DNA from: Pavona decussata
Lineage: Eukaryota
Assembly (NCBI GenBank): GCA_977016875.1
Contig: CDRNST010000122.1
Span: forward strand, 1,736,001 to 1,800,000
DNA length: 64,000 bases
Reading direction: 5' to 3'
The notes under the pieces were generated by a model. It worked only from the letters and a program-made list of their open reading frames with translations. It was not told the origin of the DNA and searched no databases. The position numbers were made by a program, and so were the translations under genes. Of this stretch, positions 32,421-44,200 are shown in pieces (positions within the stretch are counted from its first letter, which is position 1; each line of letters opens with the position of its first letter).

Positions 32421-34413
32421 TTGTCAAAAGTACGTGGGTCGGAACAGCAGCAATTTTGGTTTCATCCGTCGCGTCTTCCTCTGCAAGAGTAGCGGCGCGT
32501 TTATTTATTGCGATTTTTTTTAAAGCAAGATGATAACTGAATATTAATAAGGGTGCATTGTTCTGCATGGTACGATTCCGGAATAGGAATCCACGGAATA
32601 GACCTGTATTCATGTTTTTTAGGGACCTCTTCTGTTTTTGGAATGAACAGAATAGTATTCCGTTCATTCTGACCCTAATGAATGGAATAGAGTTACTAAG
32701 AATAACAGAAATTGCGTTCTTTTGGTGAGGTTTACAGGCCAGTAATGGGAATAGGGGGAAAGTGATATTCCTTTCCTGATAGCTAAAATTGTTCCAAAAG
32801 AATGCGCCCTGGCTACGTTTGCGGTTTCATTCCCCTGAGCAGTCACCTTGGTCAGCATTACCAAGTTCGGGCTATTTACAGACCTCGGCTATCGCCTGCT
32901 ATGATGACTGCCATGCATCAAATCGAGTATCAGGGATTTTTTCGTTTTTCTGCACCTGAGCTGAGCTGTTCAAGAAATTGAAGTGTTACATCAAATGGCT
33001 GTCTCGAATTGCCTTAATTTGCTGTGTTTTCATGATTTAGCTCGTTATTTCGTAGTTCTAATTATTCATCTCTAAAAATGATACTAAATAACTATTGTTT
33101 AAAATATTTTGGGGCAACACAATTAACCCCTGGTTTTCGCGTCGCATCACACTTCATTGGGACGAAGGAAATACTTTGTGATAGCTGTCGGTCTCGCCGA
33201 CTAAGGTAAAGCAAGGCTCCAATGCTGCATTCCACTTTCTACATTTTCTTAATCTTCTTCTTCCTCTTTTTTTTTTAATTTGATTTTTTGGTCCGACTAC
33301 GAACCTCGGTAAAACTTAGCTCTGGCTACTAGCCTTTTCGCCAGTGTACCTGTGATTAAAACAGGGTACATGGTTACTTGTAAACGGTAAAGTAATTTTT
33401 TTTGACATGTTCCCGAAGGTCAAAATACTTGGTGCAAGTTTGAACACCTAGTAGCTTGGATTGATTTGAGGAGATTACCAAGCTTAACATTTTTCATAAA
33501 AAAAGAGATAATCGGCGTTTCTTTTAAAGTGATTTTTTTTCTCCAGGTGTCTCGTCGCTTCCGCTAGTAGAGGCGAACTGTCTGTTTTTATATTGTTATT
33601 ATTTTTATCGTAAACGATTTTGGCGTCTCTTCTGTGAGATTATTTGTTAGCTGCGGTTTCCAGTAATCTTCATCTTTCTCTTTCGTGTTGTTCGTGTAAG
33701 CAAAATGCTGTCAAATTACAGCATATTAATGGTGATGTATGGTGATCCGGATTTGCCACTTGTACACTCCGTATCTTTGTAACAACAAGAAAACATTCCT
33801 GAAGCTAAAAATATTGCGCAAGTTTGCGATGCAAATTCAGTAGATTGTGTCGAGGAGCTTTTAGATAGAGAAGCACGCGATCAAAAGAGGCAGAGTTCAG
33901 TAATCGGGTGAGTAGTGAAACAGTTTTTAAATAACACTAAGCTAATAGATCCGATTTGATAGATCACCTTCGCATTATTCTAAAACCGCTGCGGTTAATA
34001 AGCGTTTCGTGTAAGCTACTCCCCAGTAAAGGCTGGCAGAAAACTTATGAAAACAACTTGTGTCAGGAAAGTAACGTTGGTATAACTCAATTTAACTATA
34101 CGAGTTTAAGGCGTCTTAGTGTGAGCAAGACAAACCTCCACATTGGTTTCATCAGGATACGCGGAACCAAATAAAATCCAAAACAGGGAAAAAACTAAAA
34201 TAGTTAAAGCCCCTATATCCTATTTCGGAATAAAACAACCCAACAACCAAAGCTTTCACACCAGATGCAACTTACCTACATACATTATGGCAAATAAACG
34301 CTCGCGATTATTATTATTTAGGAATTTGAAATTTACGCGAATTGAAGCCCATAAGCAGATACTAAAAATCCCAAATTAGAGAACTAACATCATCGTGGGA
34401 ACACCTCTTGTAC

Positions 34414-34482
34414 AAATATCCTTGGCATCGGAGACATTTTCTTCCTGGGAGGAAGAAAATGTCTCCGATGCCAAGAATATTT
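34414..34482. repeat. Perfect 26-bp inverted repeat with 3-nt loop
   Basis: CTTGGCATCGGAGACATTTTCTTCCT-GGG-AGGAAGAAAATGTCTCCGATGCCAAG. Confidence 0.95.
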
Positions 34483-34704
34483 TCTCCGGACATGATATGG
34501 AAGAAGTGAATTTCAGAGACAAAAAGATAACTTGAAGTGTTATAAGAGACTGAAGTGTGCTAAAAAGACAATACTATCTATGCAGGGCAAGATTCAGAAT
34601 GTTGAGTATAAAAGAAAGAAATTAGCGGAGCTTTCTAGAACAATTTATATGTTATGTAAGGATGCCCCCAAAGGTACAGGCATTGCCGTATGCACATTGC
34701 CCCC

Positions 34705-35100
34705 ATCCCACACATTTCCCGTATCCCCTACTTTCCCCGCTATATCTCTTGTATTCCCCTCCTTCCCTGTACTCCCTAGGAGGGTTAATGGTTTCTTATC
34801 TCCTACATCCCCCTATCTCACACATTCCCCGTATCCCCTACTTTCCCCGCTATATCACTTATGTACCCCGTCTCCCCTTTTACTCCATAGGAGGGTTAAT
34901 GAACTCCTATCTCCTACATTCCCCTACCTCACACATTCCCCATATCCCCTTCATCCCCCTACCACACACATTTCCCGAATGATCGTATCCCCTACATTCC
35001 CTAGATGTCATGTATTTCCCGCCACCCCTGTTACTCCCAGGGAGGATTATTAAGCTCCTGCCTCATACAATCTCCATATCCCTCTTTCCATATCTCTCCT
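34705..35100. repeat. C-rich about 110-bp minisatellite, about 3 diverged units
   Basis: CACACATTCCCCGTATCCCCTACTTTCCCCGCTATATC and TAGGAGGGTTAATG repeated. Confidence 0.85.
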
Positions 35101-35279
35101 AAATGCCTCCTGACTGACAAGTTCCCAATAACCCCCCCCCCCCCCCAACCAAGTTGCACATTCTCTATATCTTTCACATGCCCCAGTTTCCGTTCATTGT
35201 CAGACCAACACCTCTAATTCATCCTTCGAAAAATATTTGTTAAAGCTATAAAGGCAGCTAAGAATGGTAAAGATATTAA

Positions 35280-36602
35280 GGTGGGGGTTCACCTAAAAGC
35301 CATTTTCACGCCGCTTAAAATCGGTCAAATGAAAATATCTTGTTTGCATTTCAAGCAATACAAAAACCCTCCATTCATAGCACAAATTAATGATTTGGGG
35401 TGTTTTATGAATTTTTGGGTGATTTTTAGGTATATTTGGAAGGAAATAATTTTTCTTGAAGGATTGGTAAAATTAAAAGAAATAAGGAATGTTGAAGATT
35501 TAGTGAAGTTTTAAAATTAGAATTTGTAGTTAATAATTAATAGACGGATACCCAGTTAGTCCACTAGCAACCTGGGGTGCTCTTGCGTGGTTGTCGACTG
35601 TCTGTTAGTGTTCCAAAAATCATTTTCTTTCTTCTATCCATTCTTAAAACTCTTCAAATTTCACTCAAATTCAGGTAGAGCCCCACCTTAAAGGGGGACA
35701 AGAACATACCTTTCTTAACATTTAAATCGAATTTACAGTGGCAGATATATCCATCTGAAGTAGATACAAGTTAAAACGCGCCTTTTAACATGTTAATATA
35801 ACAATGAAAAAAATTAAAAATAATTTGAGCAAAATGCTCCCCCGTCTCTGCTCCCCCCTACCCCCTCATTGGGGTAGAGTTACTGGGCGCAGAGTCTCTG
35901 CAGAGTCCCACCCTCACCGGTCCACCCGCCGAGGGAGCTCCGAAAACCTGATGATGCTGAAAACATTATATATAGGACGCGACAGCGTCTTTCCCTCCCA
36001 TGTGGGACACATTTTCTTAGACGTGCACGAGGCACGGCCTCGTTTTGGTGCGAAGCTTGTTTTCGTCCTATAACGTCATAAAATCACTTTTTTCGTTCAC
36101 AACTCTGACAGAAGTCTTGAACGCGTAGATTTCTTGACATCTTTTAGGTTGATGTCGATTACATCAAGGATTTTCTTGAAAATGTTCGTCTTAAGGTGGG
36201 GGTTCACCTAAAAGCCATTTTCACGCCGCTTAAAATCGGTCAAATGAAAATATCTTGTTTGCATTTCAAGCAATACAAAAACCCTCCATTCATAGCACAA
36301 ATTAATGATTTGGGGTGTTTTATGAATTTTTGGGTGATTTTTAGGTATATTTGGAAGGAAATAATTTTTCTTGAAGGATTGGTAAAATTAAAAGAAATAA
36401 GGAATGTTGAAGATTTAGTGAAGTTTTAAAATTAGAATTTGTAGTTAATAATTAATAGACGGATACCCAGTTAGTCCACTAGCAACCTGGGGTGCTCTTG
36501 CGTGGTTGTCGACTGTCTGTTAGTGTTCCAAAAATCATTTTCTTTCTTCTATCCATTCTTAAAACTCTTCAAATTTCACTCAAATTCAGGTAGAGCCCCA
36601 CC
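35280..36602. mobile_element. Composite-like TTAA-specific element: two identical 408-bp direct repeats around a 499-bp spacer (Kolobok/KolobokP-like)
   Basis: 35280-35687 matches 36195-36602; each copy is TTAA-GGTGGGGGTTCACCT...AGGTAGAGCCCCACC-TTAA; identity stops at the TTAAs. Confidence 0.8.
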
Positions 36603-39600
36603 TTAATTACGGCTTATCAGTGTCAACAACTTTTCTCTTAGCTTTGCTCAAAAGGAGACAATTTTCCGGCATTAGACTGACACCAAATATCGCCGTAATT
36701 TTTTAAAATCCGATTAACACTCAGTCACATCATTGGCTGAGTTCTAAGTGGGAGAACTAATCAATTAAATGTGGTGTGATATGTCTAGAACAGAGTTGAG
36801 ATTGCATTCAAATCAAATAATTAAACAGATAGATTTCGGTATCACAAAAATCTTTACGTGCCTGGAGGACGTGAAAGTCCGTTATGTCAAAATCTTCTTC
36901 ACCTTCCTAAAGAAGAAGAGTGGAGGGAGTAACACTCCTTTACACAAGCAGCAGACTGCTTTTCACCGCGGAGAAAGGACAGAGACCTGATTTGCTAATC
37001 TTGCCACTGTCTTTTTCCTAAAAGTCCGCCGTAGATTTTTTTACATCATCTGGTCTTGCTTTTCCCCTGGTCAAGATCTTTGTGACAGACACTGTACTAC
37101 GGCTGCGCCAAGCCTACTATAAAGCAGCTGTATAAATCTCTCATCGGTTTTGCTGTGTTCATGACTTTTAATGAACTAGAGATCGAGGGGGCTATCCAAA
37201 CAGGGTGGGAGGTAGGGTGCTATAAATGTACTGTGAGACTCATTTGTTTAACCACGCGGGTGCTTCTTACAGATCCTTCAAGAAAGTGTAAACAATAAAA
37301 TATTTTAAGTAATATACAATCGATTAAAATAGGCTTCATCTAACTGTCTACCTAACTAATTAACCTGCTTTATCGGGAAGCCATGCGAAAAAGAAAGGAA
37401 AAATACCTTCAACAGAAAACGTGGCTCGCCCTGTAAAGGCGGTAAATCTTTAAGGGGACTACCTTACTATTCAGAGTAAAACTCTTTCAATTCCACAGCA
37501 TGGCCCCACTATAACTAAAGGTTCTTTTACAATAATTAATCAGTATGGGGCTATCAAGCTTACAACCACTATCTCTTAATTCGTAGGTCAAGGTATCGAA
37601 ACGATAAACAAAGCGAGAATTGAGATTTCTGGAACCTTGCCACCTACTATATTACACACCAGCTAGCATAACCGCCTTATCAACAGAGAAAATATTAATT
37701 AAAGTCGTGGGCGACCATATTGAGTGCCAATGTTGATAATGTGTACAGGAGTTATACATTACATTAGTCGCCTATGTAGATCATTTGTTAGTCGTTTCTC
37801 GGTTGTTCCCCTGTCTTCTTCATTCCCCTATCCACTCTTGCCCCCGTTGAAATTCCCTGTACCTTTCAAGGTGCCTAAGGTTGAATCTCAATATCTCAGA
37901 AAAACAAAAATGTTTCAAATTCAGCGGAAGACAGATCACTGAAACAAGTGAGTGAAGGAACACTGATTTCGTTTCGACCTCCAACAAGCGCGAGTTAAAG
38001 TAGCTCGTGTTATTGAAATTTTACACAAGCCGACACTTGACTGAAAGCTCACACACCAAACAGAGCCGCCGTCCACAAATATTTGTGGAACAAAGCTAAG
38101 GCGATGACATTAACTTCGTGTTCTATTTTGGATAAAGTTTTCTTACAACCAGCTACAATAGCTTCCTGATTTAGTTTGTGGGCTTAAATTGCAATAAAAA
38201 CATAGTTATTTTTGTTTTTATATATTCTTACTGGCAGCCAATCATAGTTTCCAAATGGATTATTGAAAATTACTCTCCAGCTGATGTTTTTTTGTTCGTA
38301 GTTTTTATGGCGTGGGTGTTTGAAAGTTAATGCGCACGGCGTTAAGAGGTCCGATATAAGGCGTCCGTTTTGCCCGCCGGAATTTACATTTCAAGGATCG
38401 TTCTGGACGGGAACAAGAACGGATATCGCTGTATTTTGCGTTGTGTGCAGTCATATGTGACTTGTCAGACAAAAGAAACCCTTCAGTCGAAAGGTAAATT
38501 CAGGAAATTGCGTTGAGACCCGCTATAAGAACGGATGAGAAACTTCAAGATCAAAAGTCATTGGAATTTCTGTGTTGCGTGCCAGCCGCTAAAACAGCGC
38601 AAAATACAATGCAACCAGATGCGCCAGTTCAGATAAAGTCGTGAAGTGCAAGAGGGTTGCATGCCAAGATGAGCCAAAACTATACTTAACTTCCAATACT
38701 TATATTAATTAGTTTATTTTCATGGAACAGTGCAGCTAAAACATTTCATATTGTTTGGATGATGTTCTTCGTCGATGTTGGACGGGTAAAACTAAAAAAT
38801 AAACCAAAAACACACTGTTTCTCGAGGGAAATATTACGAGTGGGAAAACTTGAAAACAGTTCAGGCGGAACTTTTGAGTTTTACGGAAATAAAAGTAAAC
38901 TTGCGCGCGCATCACATTTAGATTTCACATCATTTGTGCTGCTGACTTTAGATGAACTTTGATAAATTGGTTCAATGTTTATTTGTTCAGTTCGTAAAAT
39001 AAAAGGGCATACACTACAAAAAACGTGTTTGATTTGATGTGAGCCGATGATAAATGGCTACTGAAATATTTACAGTTCCTTCTTGTTCCAATCTTCTAAT
39101 GTCCATCTTTCAACAAAACTGACCTCGCAAGTTTCTAAACTTAATATCGCGTGTCCTCTTCGGTGAGAAAGCCTTTCACACCTTGAGAAGTCAACTAAAT
39201 TCCTATTGTCTGTATTTCACCTCAACAAAAAAACACATTTGATATAATCTTAACTTGACGACCGATAGGATAAGAAAAAATTTGACGCTTGTATTTTGGC
39301 GTGCGAAGAAAGCGCGGTTTCTTTTAAGATTTGATGAGTGCTTTTGAGTGCGCAGCCCCGTAAGAACACCACTCGACACTTTAAGAAAATGATGTCGGCG
39401 ATTCCAGACGTTAAATGACGTTAATTGCCTCCGTTATTGCCCTCTTTTGTGCCTTCTAGACAAAAAGTATTTTAGGTATGCTTTCTGACGTCAGTTTTAA
39501 TACTGCGTAAGAGTGTAGTAAAAGACTGATGTGAGTCAGTCTTGTCGTAAGCGGAACATAACAAGCATTGCAAGCTTGACAGTCTAATGCGCTGATTTCA

Positions 39601-41070
39601 AGCAAAGAAAACTGTGGAAAACTGAAGTGAATTTCGTTGGTGAGTACAGTACTGCGATATTTTAAGTCAAGTTACTTATTCAAACCATGTCGCAAAGAAA
39701 GGGCTATCGTTTGTCTGAAAGAGAAGTAGTTTCGCAAGATGACTGCGTAAAACTGCGCGAGCAGTATAAAAGAAGTAAAGACAGATCTTCTTGACCAGGT
39801 TTTTTCAGACCACAGAAACAGACCATTGAAAAGCGATGAAGTTACTGTTTTCTCTGAGCAACAAACAACGACGTCTTTGTTCCAAAGAAACAAGGCGATA
39901 GATGAGGATTCAGCCTAATTAAATGTTTCAGCCTGTACATCTGTTACATTTTTCGTAGGCAAAGTAAGGCCTTGGTTGTCAAACTGTTGGCAGAAATCGC
40001 GCGAGAACCTCTCTTCAGTTAAGTTCATGAATTATTCACTTTTTTTTCGGCTACGTTGACATCGATCAGCTTTTATTAAAATATCAAAGTCTCACGGTGA
40101 TGTAACAGTTTGACTTTCACATCGAAAACAAGCACAACTTAAGAACACAGGTTATCATATTCTTTTGTGTTTCTATACAATGCCCCCGGAGGCAGTGTCC
40201 TTTGTTGACGTTTCATTGTTTACGTTTGTTTTTCTCGTCTCAGCTCATTTGCTTCGCAGCCCCTTTCCCAATATTTGCAATTTTCGGTTCCTTTTAAGGC
40301 GGAGAAAGCATTTGATATGTCCAGTTAACATAAAGTTTGTTTCTAATTAGACCTTTATCTGATATTTGCATAGGCAGGCTTTAAAATACACAGTTGCATA
40401 ATTGTTTAATTCGATCAATTTTTGAAATTTTTATCCAGTGTAAGTCGACGATTGTTTGACCTCTAAATGGAATTGTATTCCTTTGGGGAACTTTTATCCG
40501 TCTTTGCAAGTCTTTGAAAGATTAGCCTTAACTTAAGTTTGCATACGTGCATTCCCAGTGAAGGGTTGATCAAGTGCTGAAAACACCAGCGAAAAGGCAA
40601 GGGGATCGGAAGCGATACAACAGCAGATAGATAAAACAGAAACATCAGAAACATCTCGCACGGTTGCATTTGTAAAGGCGCAGGTAATGTGAAAGTAATC
40701 GACGAAGCTCGTATGAATGAATGATCTTAATTAGGTGTAAGATATAAGCGATATAAGTTCCATTACATACCAAATACGTTAACTCAAATGTTTCCTGAAA
40801 ATGTATTTATACTGAGAAGTTCAAAGGCCGTAGTAGAGACAAGCTAAACAATTTTAATATCTTTAAGTTAGTACAGTGAACTCTGAAAGCGGAGGCGGAC
40901 ATGTTTGGCTGGCCCCAGGCGATGTTTGTTTGTAAATTAAAGCTCTTTAAGGGGGGCCCGGCCACAACGCCAGATTGCGTGCACGTTGTAGGCGTTTTGT
41001 CTGTAACTTAACTCAAGGTACACATCAAAACGTACAGAAAATTTTCTCTGAGGTGAATAACCTTGGGACC

Positions 41071-41220
41071 AGCCTTCCTGTGTCCTTGTGTTAAGCGGGA
41101 ACCTTCCTGTGTACCTTGCTAATTAGTCGCACCTTTCTGTGTACCTGGTCTTCAGCGGTACCGTCCTGTGTACCTTATATGCAAGCTGTACCTTCCTGTG
41201 TCTTGCGTTCGCGTACCTTT
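41071..41220. repeat. Diverged 29-30-nt minisatellite with core ACCTTCCTGTGTACCTT
   Basis: Cores at about 41072, 41101, 41131, 41160, 41190. Confidence 0.8.
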
Positions 41221-44200
41221 TGTTGAGCAGTACTTTTGATCTGTGAACTGTACTTTCCAAAGAAAATCTTTAATCGGCCTTGTTCTCTGGCATTTGTTCA
41301 AAGCTCTACGGGATAACATAAAAGAAAATCTTAAGTATTCACTAAGCTTTGATTTGGCACCGACGACAAGCCGCCTCATTTATCAACGTGAACTGACCCA
41401 AGTTTTAATTAAATCCTTTGCACCATTAAAATGGCGCTGGACGAGAGTCAAAAATAACAACACGCAAATGATAACCAAACAGGCTCTGTTTTAAGCTTTC
41501 AAACTCTTGACAGTGCTCTAGAAACTGCAGAGACAAAGTAAGTAAAGTGTTGATTTCTTTTTGCTCTGGCGCGCTTTCGGGACTTCGTGTTACACAGTCG
41601 GCTAATACAGTCTGATGTTAATTTACTCACCAAAAGATTACAGTTTGAGATCAACACACACTACGTTAGATTTAACATTGGAGTAATTAAGTTGTTTAAG
41701 TTTCGCTATCACAATGGTTTTATTTCTAAGGTAATACGTGTCATCAGATCACTGTAGAGAACCTATTAACATTCCAACACCATGCGCTTCCGGAAACTCC
41801 ATTGAAAAGGGTGCCGCGGGTCTTTTTCTGTATTTACTAAGTCATCTGCAGAAAACTCCCCATCTCAGTCGATGTCAAAGGGTGCAATTGCCTGCAAAAC
41901 ATTACCACACATTTTCAAAATTGCTTTTGGCGAAAAAACGTGTTTCTAATTGTGCATGTGTCTATCTTTTCGTTGTTGTATTTGTACCTTAAAACTAATG
42001 CCATCGTGATTAGGAATACGGATGAACACTTTTTGAAAATGATTACAGGCTACTTTTTTTCCCGAGAGACAAAGGAGGCGCAATTGTCATTGATTTGCCA
42101 ACGGCGTGTGGAGTGGCTTTAGTCGGTCATATTTGTTGCAGGTGGAGTTAAAGGGTTGGTGAGGTGGCCTACCTTTGAATTCACGCCTCTGTAGGGTCAG
42201 GGTTTACAGAAAGTGGATTTTCATTTGCTAGATTACCTCCAATTTACGCTCGTAGTTACCAAGTGGGAGTTTTCTACAACCATTTTAAAATAAACTAAAT
42301 TTAAAATATGTGATCCCCTATGCTTCGCTAAGAAACTATTTCACCCAAGCTGTTTTAATCTAAGCTTAACTGTACTCTAAACTCTAAAGATTAACCCCGG
42401 AGGATTTAAAATAACTAAAATCGCAAAATAAGCGGAATATGTTATTATGATTATTAGACTAAACTGTTCTTAATCGTAAAACGATTTCTTTGATGCCAGT
42501 TCATAAGTCAATCCGTGACTGTATTTCTTGCCTCACGGTGCGCCTTTAATACTTAGAAAAAGAAACATTTCTTCCTAACGTACGGAAGTGCAAACTAAGT
42601 AACGGTTTGAATTTTTTTAAAGAAAGAAAAAGGGGAGAGACAGAGATAGAGAGAGAGAAACAGAGAGGAAAAGGAAAGGAAAGGAACTAACAATATTGCA
42701 GGCCAAGAACTGCCCAATAGCTCTTATTTGAATTGTCTTACGTGCAGACACAAAAGCTAGACTGGCCACCTTTGTGTTGTATAATAAACAGTACCACAAT
42801 GAACTCTTGTTAGCGTCTATTTGAATGGTCACTCCTCAGTATTACATACACAGAGTGAAAGGTTAGGGCCACCTTGAGCATCCGATGCAAAGCACAAGTT
42901 AATCAACTGATTTCATTTGAACTGTCACGCTAATAAGGATTTCATTCACGAACATAAAAAGGTAGAACTATCTTGTACAATATCCCAAAACGTTTTACAG
43001 GAAGTGCTACTCAGTAGCTTTCTTTTCAACTGTGGTTACAACTTGGGATTGTGCCACTTAAGACTTAAAAGCGTTAGAACCGCCATGTTCAGTACACTGA
43101 AAAGTACTGCCAGTAGCTTTCATTTCAACGGTAATACTTTAGGATTTCATCCTTAAACCAATACGAAATTTAATCAGATTACGTGATTTAACATTCGAAA
43201 AGCATGTTAACAATTTTTAAGCCATTTTACAGAAACACATTGATTTCAAAATGCCACATTGTGGATTAAGAAGTGTAAAGTACAGGTCAAGTGTGGAAAG
43301 CACTTGCTGGGGGTAAAATATATATACTCCTCAGAATGCTTGGTGGGGGTGCACGGCTCCAGGTTCTCCAAATCCTGTTGTTGTTTTTAATTTTCCCCTT
43401 GTTCGTTTGAGTCAAGAAGTTTAGTTCCCTCAAAAGGCACACCCAGTTTCAGCTAGAAGGTAAAACCTTGCCCAATTCCACACAAAATGACTGATAATCT
43501 AGATTCATTTTCAAAAACCAGAACGGCTTAAAAACTGTACTCCTATGGGTTGTACACATTTGTATAGCTTATATAGCGTAGTATCCCCTCCAGTCAGATG
43601 TCCTAGCGAGGATGTCAAAACGTGCGTAAGCAAAGACGAAAGAAAAATGCTGCTTATAATTTTTTGGACTGAAACCAGTAATTTTCTCGGGTTTACGGTC
43701 ATTTAATATACACTCGTTTTTAAAGGTCTTGCACTTAACTACACTTGTGCTCATGATCGCACGTACGAGATTTGGCACTCAACGAGTTAGGCAATTTCCG
43801 GTGGATCTGAAGATAAAGATTAATGCGATGACTGAGTTAAGAGTGGCCATTCAAACGAAAACCACTGAGACCTTTGCTTGGAAGCTGTTTGTTTTTAAAA
43901 ATATCTTTCAGGTCTTTATCAGTGTATAGTTGCACATGGGGAAGGGTCAAATTCTTTATATTCAACTTGTGACCAAATTATCCGATTTTCGTATTCTCTC
44001 ACGTACGCTAATTGACGTACCCGTGACGATGCAATATGTCTCTAAATGCTTCTTCGTATTTGGCTAAAGTTGCAGACACACGCACGTACACAGCCACAGT
44101 TCAAACATTGGTAGATCTTCTAGAAGAAAAAAAGAAGTAAATTTTATGAACGCGTTAGACAAATTAGGGTCTTTCTTTTCTCTGAGTGACGTTCAGTTCA

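Noticed and set aside
34532-35217. Overlapping Pro-rich ORFs of 173, 106 and 70 aa
   Set aside because: Mostly translation of a C-rich minisatellite lacking stop codons.
35281-35514. Duplicated 77-aa ORF (also 36196-36429)
   Set aside because: GTG start inside a TIR of the 408-bp repeat with no recognisable domain; likely incidental.
41071-41220. Repeat-spacer-like array (17-nt core, about 13-nt variable linkers) resembling CRISPR
   Set aside because: Cores are degenerate, linkers are too short and related to each other, there are no cas genes and the context is eukaryotic; it is a diverged minisatellite.
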